From an uncultured Planctomycetota bacterium (lineage in GTDB: Bacteria > Planctomycetota > Planctomycetia > Isosphaerales > Isosphaeraceae), in the NCBI GenBank assembly GCA_963845755.1, contig CAWJTV010000019.1, positions 160,001 to 224,000 of the forward strand: a DNA stretch of 64,000 nt, written 5' to 3'. Positions 35,112 to 48,029 of the stretch are shown here, piece by piece. The translations under genes and the position numbers were made by a program. Every line of letters begins with the position of its first letter. Within the stretch, counting starts at the first letter, position 1. The notes under the pieces were generated by a model. That model made no database searches, was not told where the DNA came from, and saw nothing but the letters and a program-made list of their open reading frames with translations.

Positions 35112-38100
35112 CTACTGAATGATCTTGCGATACAGGACCGCCGCGCGGAACCCGCCGACGTCGTTGTAGTTGAAGCCGGTGAGCTTGAGCCGGTCCACGA
35201 TGAAGAAGCCGCGATAGCGGACCTGGGTGCCGCTCAACTTGCCGACCTCGGGGCCCATGATGTCGTACGCGAGCTGGGGCAACCCCTGGCCGAGCATGCC
35301 GATGTCCCCCTGCTTCTTGATCTCGAAGAACCCGATCGTGATCCAGACCGCGTACTGGTGGGTCCGGACCGTGGTCAGGTTCATCGCCGCCTGCATCATC
35401 TCCGACCGCCAGTACGGATGCTGCCGGTCATCGGGATTCACGCCAGCAGCACCACCGGTGCCGAGGTAGGGTTTGTTCGACGCTGGCGTGCCTGTGTTCG
35501 AGTAGCCGTTGTAGAACGTCAGAGTTGCCCGGTACGAAGGGCGCGGCAATGACTGTAGGGGGGATAAGGCGAGCGAGACCGGTGGTAGCGTCGCCCGTCG
35601 GCGTCAGCATCGGAGGCAGGCCGGCGGCGTTGGGGTAGTAAACCCCGCCGCCAGAATTAGTCATGCCGCCACCCGAAGTCGGTCGGGAACCATGACCACG
35701 GGAGGCTCGTGAACCCGTTGCTGAGCGTGTACATCGGCACCGCTCGGGAGGTTAGTCGGTGATTGTACGGGTTGTACCCCTGGTTGGCGACGATGTTATT
35801 GATCCAGGGATCGCCGGAGTCGGTGGCGTTGCTCAGGGCCGGCGGGATGTTGCCGTTGGCGATGAGGCCGGTGGGGTCGGGGATGCCGACGTACCCCATC
35901 GGGTTAATTGACGTAGGGGTAGCCCTCGAAGTGGCGTCCGGCTGGACCTGCCCCGCGCCAAAGGCGTCCGGCGGCTGGAACAACCGGGCCGGCGGGATGG
36001 CCGGGGGCATCGCCACGTGCCGTCCAGGCCGATGGTGGTTGTCCCGGTCGGCCATGCGATGTTCACCGGCAGTGGGAGACCCGCGGGCACGGTGTTGGTG
36101 GAATCGGTGGTCAATCCCGGCGGTCCAGACCGGATAGGGGCGGGCGTGAAAGACCACACAGGACGGAGGGGTCGACGGTCGTGTAAAGGTTGGGGTCGCT
36201 CGACGCATACCCCTGCGAGAGGAACGGGTTCCTCACGCCCGGATCTCCCGAGTAGACGACCGGCATGGACCGGCGATTGCGGGAAGATCGGGCCTTCGCC
36301 GTCGTATCCGGCGGAGCCTGGCGTGATGTAAGGTGCGTAGTAGTTCGGCTGCGGGCCGAGCATCGCATTGAGGTAGTTATTATTGAGGAAGTACCAGCTC
36401 GAGGGTGCGGTTGGCCGGGGTATAGATCATCGCCTGGGCGTTGGTCACGGTCGCGAGCAGCTGGGGTACGGCGGCTATTGGGGTTCGGTGATCATCGCCG
36501 GGTTGCTGTAAATCGACGGCGGCTGTGCGGCGGGCCGCATGATCGTGTAGTTGATGTCCGGGAACGAGAGCGAGCGGAACGGGAACTCGGCCGGGATCGG
36601 CCCCGTGTAGCCGATGGTCGACGACAGGTTCGGCGTCGCCACGGCACTGTTCTGTCCCGTCGCGCCGACCCCGTACCCGAACAGGTAGCCGGACCCGCCA
36701 TGACGCTGCCAGAGGAACTGCGCGAACGCCGCCTTGATCCGGTTGCCGGGGCTGGGCAGTAAGCACCGGCGTTGCCGTTAATCGCGATGATTCGACTTGA
36801 ACGCCGATGGGATCCTGGGCCAGATACCCCTGCTGGACGGAAGTTCTGGTCGGTGATCGGATACACGTAGTTCGGCGCGCCGGTCGGCTGGATCGCGCTG
36901 ACGACCAGCGGGACCGGCGGCCCGCCGAGCGGGATCGGCGGGAGTGGCACCGTGCCGCCATTGGTCCAGGTGGACAGGGGCATCGTGTAGGGCAACCACG
37001 TCGTGGCGTTGCTGTTGGGCCCGGCCAGCAATGGCAGCTCGATCGAGTTTAACAGGGTCTGGCTATAATCCGATGATCGTCTGACGCCCGAACACGGCGA
37101 AGAACGCTTCCTCGTCGATGATGAGGTTGAGGTTCATCAGGCCCGGCTTGGTATCCTGCCGCGCCCAGTCGAAGTTCATCCCACCGGCGACCGTGCCGAT
37201 CGAGCCGTTCATCTGGCTGGGCACCTCGAAGAACTCGAGCATCTTGAACCAGCCGTCGCTGGCCGGGCCGCCCACGACGGGGGCGGCGATGTTCACGCTG
37301 TGCCCGAGGCCGACGCGCTGGGACGGGTCCGTGGCGCCGGGACCGCGAGCCAGCGCCGCCAACGTCCCGGTCGTCGAATCTTCGGCGGCACCAGCGGCGG
37401 GATAGAGGAACGTCGACGCCCCCGTGTAGAAGAACTTGTCCACCAGGTAGGGGTAGCTATGGGGCTGGATGGGCGCCGTGACAGGGCCGGCTGGGTCGGT
37501 GGAAGGGGTCACTGGTCGGGACCGACGCCGGAACCGACGCCGGGGGGGTGCCCGTCGGGCTGCCCCCCAGCGAGCTGGCGGCGGTGAGCTTCGAGACCGA
37601 CAGGAACGGCACGGTCGCCGTGGCGAAGGGCACGACCGGGGGTGCTGTAGGCGCGGTGCGCGGTGGTCGTCAGTCGTGGGCCCGTTGGTGTGAGGTCGGC
37701 GTCACGTCCGGCGTGACCAGGCTGAAGATATCGGCCGCGTTCATCTGCGACGGCGCGAACTCGACGAACTGCTTGGTGAACAGCCCCGGCGGGCAGCCGG
37801 GAACCAGCGTCACCTCGGCCACGCTGGTGAAGTCCCGATCGTTGAACACGAAGTAATCCCAGTTCTCGGCCGCGTCGTTGTTGAATCCCAGAGTGTGGTA
37901 ATAGTAGTTGGTCGACGCGTTCCCTGACGGCTCCGAAATTGGCGTAGCCCGTAGGCGGTCGCTTGAGCTGTAATGCTGTGGGGACGCCGATCTGTTCGCT
38001 GTAGCCGTATCGCGGGTCTGGGGGCTGAGTGGTCGTGATGGCTCCCTGAGCGTTGGCCGTCGGGGACGCTGTGGCGTTCGGCATCGGCACGGCGTGTCCG

Positions 38101-41100
38101 CCGCGATACGGCTGGAGCCGCTGGGCCGAGTAGATCGTGTTGGGCTTGGAGCCGGCGCCACATACAGGACGCCGCCGGTCAACGTCCAGGCCGTGTCCTG
38201 CGTTGGCCCGTCCCATCGATGTAAGGAAACCGCATGGAGTTGACCACGCACATCGGGTTGGTCGCGGACACCGGCGCGAACGGATTGGCGGGGCGCCGCA
38301 GGCAGACCCACAAGAACTCGGCGGACCCGATCGCTGGGGCCCCGGTGCTACCGATGAGACCGGGAGATTCCATTGAAGATTGCTGATTCCGCTCAACGTC
38401 GTGTCGGTGGATCGGCGCCGGGAGAATCCCGAAGTGATAGGAGGTTGCGGTCGCTGCCGAAGGGGGGAGGGGAGCCGGTGGCTCTCATCGGGTCGTAGGT
38501 GGATGACAGCAGTTGCGTGACGGGGAGGGTATGGAGCGGCGAGTGGGGGTCCAGGACTCGTTGGCGGCGATGTACGGACTGCCGATGACGTAGAAGTAGG
38601 TCGTCGGTGGGGTGGGCGGGGTCGCCGCGCTCGGAGGGTTCGGGCTCGGCGTCGTGAATGGGTAGCTGGTCACGCTGCGTGTCGCTGGGACTGAGAGGGA
38701 GCAGGGTGACGTCGCCCTCGTTCGGCGCCGTTCGGTGTTCGGCCCTCCGAACGAGTCCCGGTTCAGGGGGAGCAGGCCGTAATAGGTGGCCTGCGGAACC
38801 GAGGGGTGGCACCTCGCCACGGTAAGGATCCGGACGGCCCGCGGGGGTATCGGCCAGGAAGACCAGGTCCCAGGTGCCGCCGGAGTAGGGATCGCTCGGG
38901 GTATAAGTCGAAGCCGCCCAGGTCGAGGACGCTGGCCTGGTAGGGCGGGGTCGTGGGGCCTGGAATGTTGCCGCCCGTGGCGGGGCCCGTGACGGGAGGA
39001 CTCTCTGGGAGAGGCCCGTAGCCGTAGTAATTGTGGGGGTCGGTCGGAGTGCCGTAGTCATACGTCGGGTTGTAGGCCGCGGTCAGCGTGTTGACCAGCT
39101 CGATGAAGAAGCGGTTGGTGTACTTGGCCGTGCTGGTGTGCCGATGCCGGTCCGGCTCTGGAAGCCGTAGGCCAGCACTTCGTTGATCGCGACCGGGTTG
39201 TACTCCATGCCGTACTGGTCGAGGAGGCCGCCAGGGGTTCCGGCAGGGGACAAGGGACGCCAGGTTGAGCGTCGGGTAAGCCAGGGCGTTGGTACTGGGC
39301 GTCATCCAGACGTCCGGGTTGACCCAGTGGGTCATGGTGGCATCCGGGTCGCGGAAGTCGATGATGTTGATGACGAACTGGCTGAGCTGCGCCCGTTCCT
39401 CGGCCGTGTCGATCGAGTCCGGCGGCAGGATCCATTTCAGGATCTGATAGGTGTCGCTGATCCACTTCTGCCGGATCGGCTCGTTGCAGTCGTTGGAGAC
39501 CGGCAGCGGGTAGTTCAGGTTGATCTTCCGATCGCGGTGGGCCAGCGACGGGGTATAGGTCCCAGCAACCTGCGTGCTGGCATTCACGCCCACGGCGAAC
39601 CGGCTGTTGTACTGGAAGGTATTGCCGGGGTTATCGTTGGACCAGGCGAAGCCGTTCGACTCCCAGCTATCGGTGCTGAAGAGCCGGCGCCGCCGCAGAC
39701 CGTCGATCGTGTTGGTGAAGCTGATCGGCGCGAGCTGGGACAACCGGCTGGTCAACGTCGCCCCATCCACGTCCTGCTGCCGGTACAGCCACTCCAGGTC
39801 GCTGATGCCGAACGGCGAGTCGAGTATCGGGTTCGGCGAGTAGAGGTTCATCTCGTCGGCCTCGTTCATGGCGTCCGAACTGCGTCTTGCGGCTGACGTG
39901 CGAATCGTAGGTCGGGAAGGAAGTAGGGCGCGGTGGGGGGCGTGTAGGCAGGAGGGCCGGGCGGCGGACTCGCGCCGACCATTTCCCCGACGGTCAGCGT
40001 GTTTTGATCGATGGGCATGGCGGCGACGCCGCTGGGTAGATGGTGGTCGTGTAGCTGAACGCCGTGCCGGCGAACTGGAACTGGTTGGGGAATTTGTATC
40101 GACTCGTAGCCGTGGAACGGGTTATTCGTCACGTCGGGCTCGTAGATGACGGTGGCCGTGGGCGCGGGTGGATACGAGGTAAAATCGGCGGTCCACGGTA
40201 TCGGAACGCCGGGGTCCATCGGCGGGCTCGCCTGGTTGTTCTGCCACCAGTCTCCGAAGCCGGCCGGGGTGCCCGTCCCGGGGATGGTCATCGTCATCGG
40301 GTTGTAGGGCGCGATGGCACCATAGGGGAAACTCGTGGTGTCCGACGACGTGATGTTGATCGGGCCCGGTACGCCCGGGGGGCGGTAGTAGCTGTTGAAC
40401 GCAACGCGGCCGAAGACGTCGGAGCCCCGGCTCGTGCCCACGGCTCCCGGTACCGTTGATATCGGCCGGCGTCACGTACCGCCGCATCCGCTCGACCGGC
40501 AGCATCAGCGCGCCGGCAGGGTCGTAGTAGTCGAGGTCGAAGATCTCGCCGAAGCGAGTCGCAGGGCCGCCGACTGGGGGGAAAGATGTCGAACGCGTTG
40601 TCGTTATCGTCGGCCCCGTCGCGGGGGAACGGCGTGGTGCCGTTGTAGGTCAGGTTGGCGATCAGGTCGGCGATGTCGAACGAATACCCGGCCCGGACCG
40701 GATTGATATAGTTGGTCTGCAACAGGTTGGCAACCGGCGGGGTCCCTGTGGGACTGGGATTGTTGAACGGCTGGCCGGGGACGGATGCGGCCTCGCCCCA
40801 CCGCCCGCCGACCGGCGCGGTGCGTGCGCTGGACCAGCATGGCCCCGCTGGGGTCCGTGAAGCCCCCGGGGTTGGCGATATCGGCGAGATCCGCGATCCC
40901 ATTGGGCAGGTAATAGGGATTGCCACTGGCGAGGCCCGACCATGCCCCGTAGACGATGTTGTCGTCGCCGTTGATCGTGCCCGTGGAGTCGGTGGTGAAG
41001 GGGTTCGACGTGCTGGGGTTGAGCTGCGGCCGCGTGCCGGCCAGCAGGTTGCGGAGCTGAATCAGTCGGACGTCGATCGATTTATAGAAGCCAGACACCT

Positions 41101-42864
41101 GGTTGATCGCGTTATCCGCCTGGGTGTTGAAAGTGCCGTGGTCGGAGAACCCCAGTAGGTGGTCGCCGGTACCGAGGGGATAGGTGGCTGGGGGTGGCGA
41201 TGCCATTCCCAAATTGGTTGAACGGATCGACGTCGCTTCCGTAACTGATAAGCATTCTGAAGCGCGTACTGCGGGTCGATCTCGCTGACCGAGTTGCCCA
41301 GGTGCTGGGCCTGAGCCGCGAGTGCGCTGACGGTGGCTGGGTCCCGGCCCGCGAGGTTGCCGGCCGTGTTGAGCGGGATGCGGCCGTTGAGGCCGATGAC
41401 CATGAAGGCGAACAGCGGCTTGTTGAGCTGCCCGCGCGTGTCGCGGCGGGCGGGATAGCCCAGGTCGAGCCAGACCGAGTCGGTGATCCCGTCGCCGTCG
41501 TTGTCCACATCGTAGGCGATCTTCCCCGTGTTCGCGTCGGGGATCAGGTCCGGGAACGTGTTCGCGTCGTGGCCGTCGGCCGCGACCGGCCGGAGGATGC
41601 GGCCCAGCGAGTCATAATTCGGGATCCCGAACAGGCCATTCGGGAACCGGAAGGCCTGACTCCAATCGAGCGGATTATTCGTCTTCTGGCCCGTGGGACC
41701 GTTGTAGCGGAGGATCCCCGGCCGGTGGAACGACGGGATCATCACCTGGCCGTCGGCGCTCTGGATCGCCAGGAACCAGTTCTCCAGGTCGCAGGCGTCG
41801 TAATCCTCGTCCATGCCCACGGTGTTCGGCCCGGGGACGTTGAGCGCGAGGTTATAGCGGAAGTTGCCGTAGTAAGAGTAGGGCAGCCCGGTCACAGTCG
41901 AGAAGCTGTTTCCCTGCCCCGGACCGTTGAACGCGTGCAGCCAGCGGCCGTCGAGCGTGAACGGGTAATTGGCGGGGCCGGCGCCGGAGTAGTACGGGAT
42001 GCTCGGATACGCCCCATTCCCGCTCAACTGCAACATGGCCTGTTGCGTCGGGACGTACGCCAGCGGCAGGGTATTCGTGTTCGACCCGGGCTGGTTCCAG
42101 CCCGGGAACAGCGGCGGTGGCGTGGTCGCGCCACTCGGGTTCCAGCTCGTGAATCCGAGCGTCGGATTATTCAGGACCGCTTGGTTCTTATAGGTATTGC
42201 CCATCGTCGTCAACGAGGGTGAGTGGCGAGTCGATCGGGCTGAGCCGGAAGGCGTGGAAGCCCTGGCCCCCGTACGTCGTCCCGGCCCCGGCCGGCGCGA
42301 AATCGTTGACGATGACCTCCAACGACTGGCTCACCGCCTGGGGATACGTGGTTGTGCTCGTCGTCGGCGTGGGCCCGATGTACGACATCCGGACGATCCA
42401 GCGGGTGAAGTTGTAGCCATACAGCAGCGGGGAGTTCGCGGGGATCGGAATATTCGTCAGCACGTCGTAATACGTGACTCCGTTGATAACGACCGGAGCG
42501 ATCAACAACGCGCCCGTCAGCGGGTTGGCCTGGAGCTGCAAGGTGCCATTGGTCGCCGGGTTGTACGTCAGGTAGCCGTTCCGGAACGCGTCGTTGCCGT
42601 ACATGTCGCGGGCGAGGCTGTGGCCGTGGAGCACCGAACGGGGGTCGTTCGTGTCGGTGATCAACTGCGAGAGGGCGAAGTCCATCAGCTCGTCGTCCTG
42701 CGGCTGGATGACCGACTGCGCGAAGTTGGCGCGTTGATCTTCGACTGGCCGCTGAAGGTGGCGAAGGTGACCCCGATCAGGGCCAGCAGGCCGAGCATCG
42801 CCAGGACCAGGACCAGGACGATCCCGCGCCGCGCCCGCTTGTGATGTCGTAGATTGGCCAGCAT
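35112..42864 (-). CDS. Giant (~2,500 aa) PilX/GspK-like minor pilin or adhesin, fragmented by many indels
   Basis: Start MLANLRHHKRARR-GIVLVLVLAMLGLLALIGVTFATFSG (class III signal lacking Glu5) after an SD GAGGGAG. Continuous coding-like P/T/N/G-rich frames include MDEDYDACD, DVDNDGDGITDSVWLDLG, GRIPLNTAG, RKINLN, QFVINIIDFRDPD and NLTTVRTHQYAVWITIGFFE...YRKIIQ*. It could be more than one gene. Confidence 0.7.
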
Positions 42865-43019
42865 GAGACGAGTCTCCCTCTATTTCAGTTCCTCGCGATT
42901 GCGACAGCCCACCAGAATCGGGCCCGCGCTGTGTCTTGATCGTGATTGGATCGCGTTTCGTACCGTAATTCGATGCTCTCCGAACATCCGTGGTTCCCGA
43001 TGTCTCTTGTCAGGGTCAT

Positions 43020-43095
43020 CGATTCGAGATTCCGGATTCGAGATTCGAGATTCCGGATTCGAGATTCGAGATTCCGGATTCGAGATTCCGGATTC
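43020..43095. repeat. Heptamer array (GATTCGA / GATTCCG), about 11 units, starting at the four-helix-bundle stop codon
   Basis: Directly visible; reverse complement of the 43643-43845 array. Confidence 0.95.
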
Positions 43096-43616
43096 AGCCC
43101 GGCTTCCCATTTCCATTCCGAGACGAAATAGCCGTCCTGGCGGCCTCGTCCTGGATGGCCTGCAATTTCACGAGGCACTCATCCCGACGTTTCACGGCTT
43201 GAGTTCGTTCTCGCGCCTGGGAATTCTGCGACCGCACACCTTGAAAACCCGAATCCTTGATGGACTCGATCCAACCCCCGAGTTGTCTCGAGATGCTCTC
43301 CCCGCGGCGGAGGAGATCCTCAAGATCGCGGTGCAAATCCTCCGGTCGTGGAAGTCGTTCGAGAAGATGGAGCATCGACCGGACTTCCGCGCACGATCCT
43401 CGGGCGATGTAGAGGAAGTTCAGGAGCTCATTATTGGTTCCGCGATCGAATCCCTCGGCGATATTGTTCGAGATGGAGATGGTCGCCCGCTCGATCTGAA
43501 TCTTGAGATCGCCCAGAGCGTTCAACACGCCCGTCGCCGACAATCGGAAGACGGCAAGAGCCATTTCGATCACGTCGTTCCAGACGGGCAACTCTTTCGA
43601 ATCGCTTGTATTTCAT
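43094..43616 (-). CDS. Four helix bundle protein (23S rRNA IVS protein / Avd-like fold family); frameshift near 43592
   Basis: MKYKRFE-LPVW...LKIQIERATISISNNIAEGFDRGTNNELLNFLYIARGSCAEVRSML. Confidence 0.9.
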
Positions 43617-43642
43617 GGGAACTTCCTCAGGCGACTTCTTTG

Positions 43643-43845
43643 GGCATCTCGAATCCGGCATCTCGAATCCGGAATCTCAAATCTCGAATCTCAAATCTCG
43701 AATCCGGCATCTCGAATCCGGCATCTCGAATCTCGAATCCGGCATCTCGAATCTCGAATCCGGCATCTCGAATCCGGCATCTCGAATCTCGAATCCGGCA
43801 TCTCGAATCCGGAATCTCGAATCTCGAATCCGGAATCTCGAATTC
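43643..43845. repeat. Heptamer array (GAATCTC / GAATCCG / GCATCTC), about 29 units
   Basis: Directly visible between the Uma2 stop (43855) and the SD of the four-helix-bundle gene. Confidence 0.95.
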
Positions 43846-43854
43846 AGCCTTCCC

Positions 43855-44632
43855 TTACTCCCCTTCCCCGCGCCGAGGTGCGGCCCGGGCCAACCGTCGT
43901 GCCTTCTTCTTCATTTCCGCTCGGAGGCGCAGAGCCCAGGCCGATTCATCCCTCGTGTCTTCCTCGATCACCCAGCGTCGAACCTCCTCAGCCCGGACCG
44001 GTAAGAAACCGCTGGACGTCACGGTCGCATACGTCCCCTCTGGCGTGAGTCGTTCGATGGTGAGGGTGTCGCCATGGAGTCGCCAGACCTCGGCGACGCG
44101 GAGTGCGGCAGAGATCCCTGCACGGTCAACCTGGGGCCGGGACACATCGACCTCGATCGCCAGGTCGGGGTTGGGATACTCGGCAATATCGTCTGAATCG
44201 CGCTCTAGCGACGCGGCGTCCATGGCCAGTTTCTCGAGGAGGAAGTAGTAACATTGGTCGGACTGCAGACCACGCGCGATCTCGGGCCGTTTCCAGGTCG
44301 TGTCCGCCAGGCTGGAGTAGGGGATCGACAAGACCTGGGCGACCGCCTCGACGAACTGGCCCAATAACTTGTTGCGTTTTCCATGCCTCCGTCCTCTGGA
44401 CATGACCTCCAGGTCCCTCCCGTCGTAATCGACGTGGAGGTTGCTGCCTTCCGGAATCGAGTCCACCAGCTCCTCGTAGAAGGCCCAGTCCTTGTCATGG
44501 AACACCACGCGCTGCTCGGGGACGGCGGTCAACCACCGGAGGACTTCCAGGGGCGGCACGCCGCACAAGGGGCCCCGACAATTCGAGCGGGGCGGAAGCC
44601 GTCATCGGGATCAGGCTGGTCGCGGTGCTCAT
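43855..44632 (-). CDS. Uma2 (DUF820) family PD-(D/E)xK-like protein, copy 2 (frameshift near 44565)
   Basis: DWAFYEELV, YDGRDLEVMS, GLQSDQCYYF, NPDLAIEVDVS, VAEVWR. Confidence 0.9.
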
Positions 44633-44701
44633 GGGATTCCCTCCAAACTTCCGCGTTGCTCGCCCGTCGAGGTGCGAGGCGCGGGACTCGTGGGCCCGCC
44701 T

Positions 44702-45472
44702 CTACTTCGCTTCCCCGCGCCGACGTGCGGCCCGGGCCAACCGTCGCGCTTTCTTCTTTGTTTCCGTCAATAATCGCCGGATCCACGCCGACTCATCACT
44801 CGTATCTTCCTCAACGACCCAGTGCCAGATTTCCTCGGCGCGAACCGGTAGAAAGCTGCTCGAATCGACTGGCGCATAGGTCCCGGTTGACGTCAGCCGC
44901 TCGATGATGACCTGCTCTGCCTCGAAGCGCCAGACTTCGGCGACGCTCAGGGCGGCATAGATCCCGGCCCGGTCAACCTTGGGCGGGGAGATGTCCACCT
45001 CGATCGCCAGGTCGGGGTTGGGGTAGTCGGCGATGTTCGGCGAGCGCCGCAAGCGTGCCACGGTAGCCAGTTTTTCCGGCTGGAAGAAATAGCACTGGTC
45101 GGCCTCCAGGCCGCGTGAGATTTCGGGCCGTTTCCAGGTCGTCTGGGCCAATGCCCTGAAGGGTATTCCCATCGCGGCCGCAACCAGACTGACGAACTGC
45201 CCGAGATAATGCTTCACATCCTCGTGATCTGGACCGACCGCCATGACCTCGAGATCCTTCCCATCATAATCGACGTGGATGTTGCTCCCTTCCGGGATCG
45301 AGTCCACTAACTCTTCGTAGAAGGCCCAATCGACGCCATGGATCACCACGCGCTGCTCGGGGACCGCGGTCAACCAGCGGAGCACGTCGAACGAGGGAAC
45401 GCCCGCCGCGGCGCTCGGGATCTCGAGCGGCGGAGGGACCGTGAGGATCGTCGGGGTCATCGCCGTGCTCAT
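44702..45472 (-). CDS. Uma2 (DUF820) family protein, copy 1
   Basis: VDWAFYEELV, YDGKDLEVM, GLEADQCYFF, NPDLAIEVDIS, IYAALSVAEVWRF. Confidence 0.92.
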   Translation of the reverse strand: MSTAMTPTILTVPPPLEIPSAAAGVPSFDVLRWLTAVPEQRVVIHGVDWAFYEELVDSIPEGSNIHVDYDGKDLEVMAVGPDHEDVKHYLGQFVSLVAAAMGIPFRALAQTTWKRPEISRGLEADQCYFFQPEKLATVARLRRSPNIADYPNPDLAIEVDISPPKVDRAGIYAALSVAEVWRFEAEQVIIERLTSTGTYAPVDSSSFLPVRAEEIWHWVVEEDTSDESAWIRRLLTETKKKARRLARAARRRGEAK

Positions 45473-45574
45473 CAATCCTCCCTCGACGACTTCAGCCGGC
45501 GTCGGGAAGACCCGCGCCGAACGAGAACCGTCGCCATGCTGCCCTTTTCTCGCCTACTGCCTACTGCCTACGGT

Positions 45575-47954
45575 TCAAAGCTTATCCGAGAAATCCTGCC
45601 GGATCGTCAACGACTTGATCCGTTGATTGGTGGGATCGACGACCCGGATCTGGATCTGGATCCCGCGGAGCGGCGCCGAGTACGGCGGCGGATACGATGG
45701 ATAGAGCGGCGGCGCAAACGGGTAGCCTTGCGGAAACCCGCCGTTCAGGCTGGCGACGCCGGTCCTCGGCGCCACGCTGTAATCGGTTAACCAGGAATCC
45801 CACACCCGCCGGAGACGCACGATCCCGTTCGAGTTGTCGCCGACATTGCCGTTGTTATAATTTCCGCCGTTGGCCACGAGAAACGGGCTGAGGACTCCCA
45901 GATAATTCGCCGCCACGCCCGACTGGGCGTCATAGACATTGTCGTTGATCAGGGGCGGCATCCGTCCCTCGTGGGCGAACGTCTGGCCGAGCGTGTTGTA
46001 AATGACGGTCGTGGGATTCGTCTGGGGATTGGCGGGCGGCCAGGCGAACAGCGACGGCGTGCCCGCCAACGGCGTGTTGGACGTGCCGGCGAGGAACAGG
46101 GACGTCGGACGGACCGTGGTCGGATTGAAGTTGCCGATATTGAGGTTGTACGGACCCCCCGTCACGTTCTGATAAGGGAGGTACATCCGGAGATCATCGC
46201 CCCACCCCAGGTCGGCATACGAGCCCAGGCACGGCTCGAACGCCTTGACGTCGAAGCTCCGCACGCCCGTCATGATCAGGTCGTCTTCCCACGTCTGGGA
46301 CCAGAGCGGCATGTTCAGGTTCCCGTTGTTCGGATTCGTGAGGAAGACGGAAAAAATCCCTTGTCCGTCGCAGTAAAGCTGGTCCGTGTTTCGAAGCCAT
46401 GGGACATTGACCGTGCTCGCGCCGGCGTTCCAACTGGAAATCATCGGCGGGAGCAAGTTCTTGAGCACATTATTCGGATTCGCGAGATTGACGGTACCAC
46501 CAGTGACGTTGAGCAAGGCGTAGGTCAATCCCGCGGGCGGCTGAGGCGACACGGCTCCGCCGTTACTGGCCAGCCGGACCGGCCCGACATTCACCTGCAC
46601 GGTCGGATCGGTCCAGTTGGGCGAGAGGGTCTCGCGCCACGTGGGGAAGCCCCACCAGGTCTGGAGCGGCTGAATCTGGGCCGTCTCGTTCGTGGGTAGG
46701 GGATTGACCGGGGTGGGCAGGTTGTCGCCCAGATCCAGCGGGTTATGGTTCAGGGCATTCAGGTACGTCAGGCCGCCCGTGTCGAACTGGACCAACTGTC
46801 CGCTGGCATTGGCATAGGGCCCAGGCGCGTGAATCCAGCCGTACTGGTCGGCCGAGATAGCTTGCGCCCGGGAATAGGCGCCCGGGAACACGTAGGGAAA
46901 GGCCAGGAAGTTGACCCCATTGGCCCCGGGCGCTGTTGAGGATCTGCTGGACCCCCGTCTGGTAAGTGGGACTGGATGAGGGTGAGTTGATCAGATACGG
47001 TCCTGTGGTCGTGGTGAAGAGATTCGGATACAACGACGTGTAGAGGTCCGGGATGTTGTCGCTGTTGACGTCGTCGGGGATACCATCGGGCCGACTGGTC
47101 GAGGTATTCACGTCCAGGAAATCATTGGCATACCGCGGGTAAAAGGCCCGGTTCTCGCGGTTGGTCAGGTTGCCCAGCGTGTTCAACAGGATCGTCGTCT
47201 GGGCCTGCGAGGCCAGCGTCGGGGTCGTGTTGAGGTTCGGCCCGCTGGGGGCCGGATGCGCCGAGAGGTCGTTCACGCCCTGCCAGCTCACGACGGGACC
47301 GTTGTTGGCCGGCCCGCCGAAGATCGTCGGCTGGAAGTTGGTCTGGACGAGATTCCCGTTGACGGTGGTGAAACCGGTGTTGGCGATCGTCGGCACGATC
47401 GCCGACTGGAGCTGGGGCGCGACCAGCAGGACGCGGCGATACAGGTTCCCGTTGCGGAGGAAATAGATGATCTCGGCGTAGTCGCTGGTCACCGTGACCG
47501 GGAAGCTCGCGAAGTTCGAGAAAGGCGTGGTCTGACTCGCCCCGAAGATCTGATTCGTATTGGCGTTGAACCAGGGATTGACCCACATCCGCCCGGTGAA
47601 CGGCCGGCCCCCCGGCGCCTTGGCGGTGAACCGGATGTAGTCGTCGCAGTCCTCGCCCTGATTGTCGGCGAACTCGTTTTCGCCGTACTCGAAATAGCCG
47701 AGGTTCAGGGTGGGGTCCAGCGGCGGCGTGAACCGGGCCGTGACGCCCTCGAGGTCGGCGCGGATGATGCCGTCGATCCGGCGGAGCTGGTCGTCCAGTT
47801 GCTGGTACGCCTGGGCCGCCGAGACGGCGCCGGTCGCCGCCTGGAAGATCTGGACCAGGATCGTCATGATGATCACCAGCACGGCGACGGTGACCAGCAT
47901 CTCGACCAGGGTCACGCCTCTTCGACGATTCTTGGTCCTCGGCCCTTGGCGCAT
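45575..47954 (-). CDS. Large PilW/GspJ-like minor pilin (frameshift near 46915)
   Basis: RRRGVTLVEMLVTVAVLVIIMTILVQIF...QLRRIDGIIRADL; YAEIIYFLR...LYRRVLL; C-terminus PLRGIQIQIRVVDP...TIRQDF. Confidence 0.85.
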
Positions 47955-48029
47955 CGGAATGTGGTCTTCGGTCGTTAGCGAGCATCATTGCGCTCCCGTT
48001 CATTCGATCCACGCAGGAGGGAGAGTGAT

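Noticed and set aside
43094..43616. Diversity-generating retroelement suggested by the Avd-like fold
   Set aside because: I saw no reverse transcriptase and no template/variable repeat pair with adenine-specific differences in the window.
29645..43845. Heptamer arrays as CRISPR arrays
   Set aside because: The period is 7 nt, there are no unique spacers, and no cas genes are present.
42854..44248. ORFs with SRIRNLES / RFEIPDS repeats (also 28710..30061)
   Set aside because: These are translations of stop-free heptamer DNA that overlap better-supported genes.
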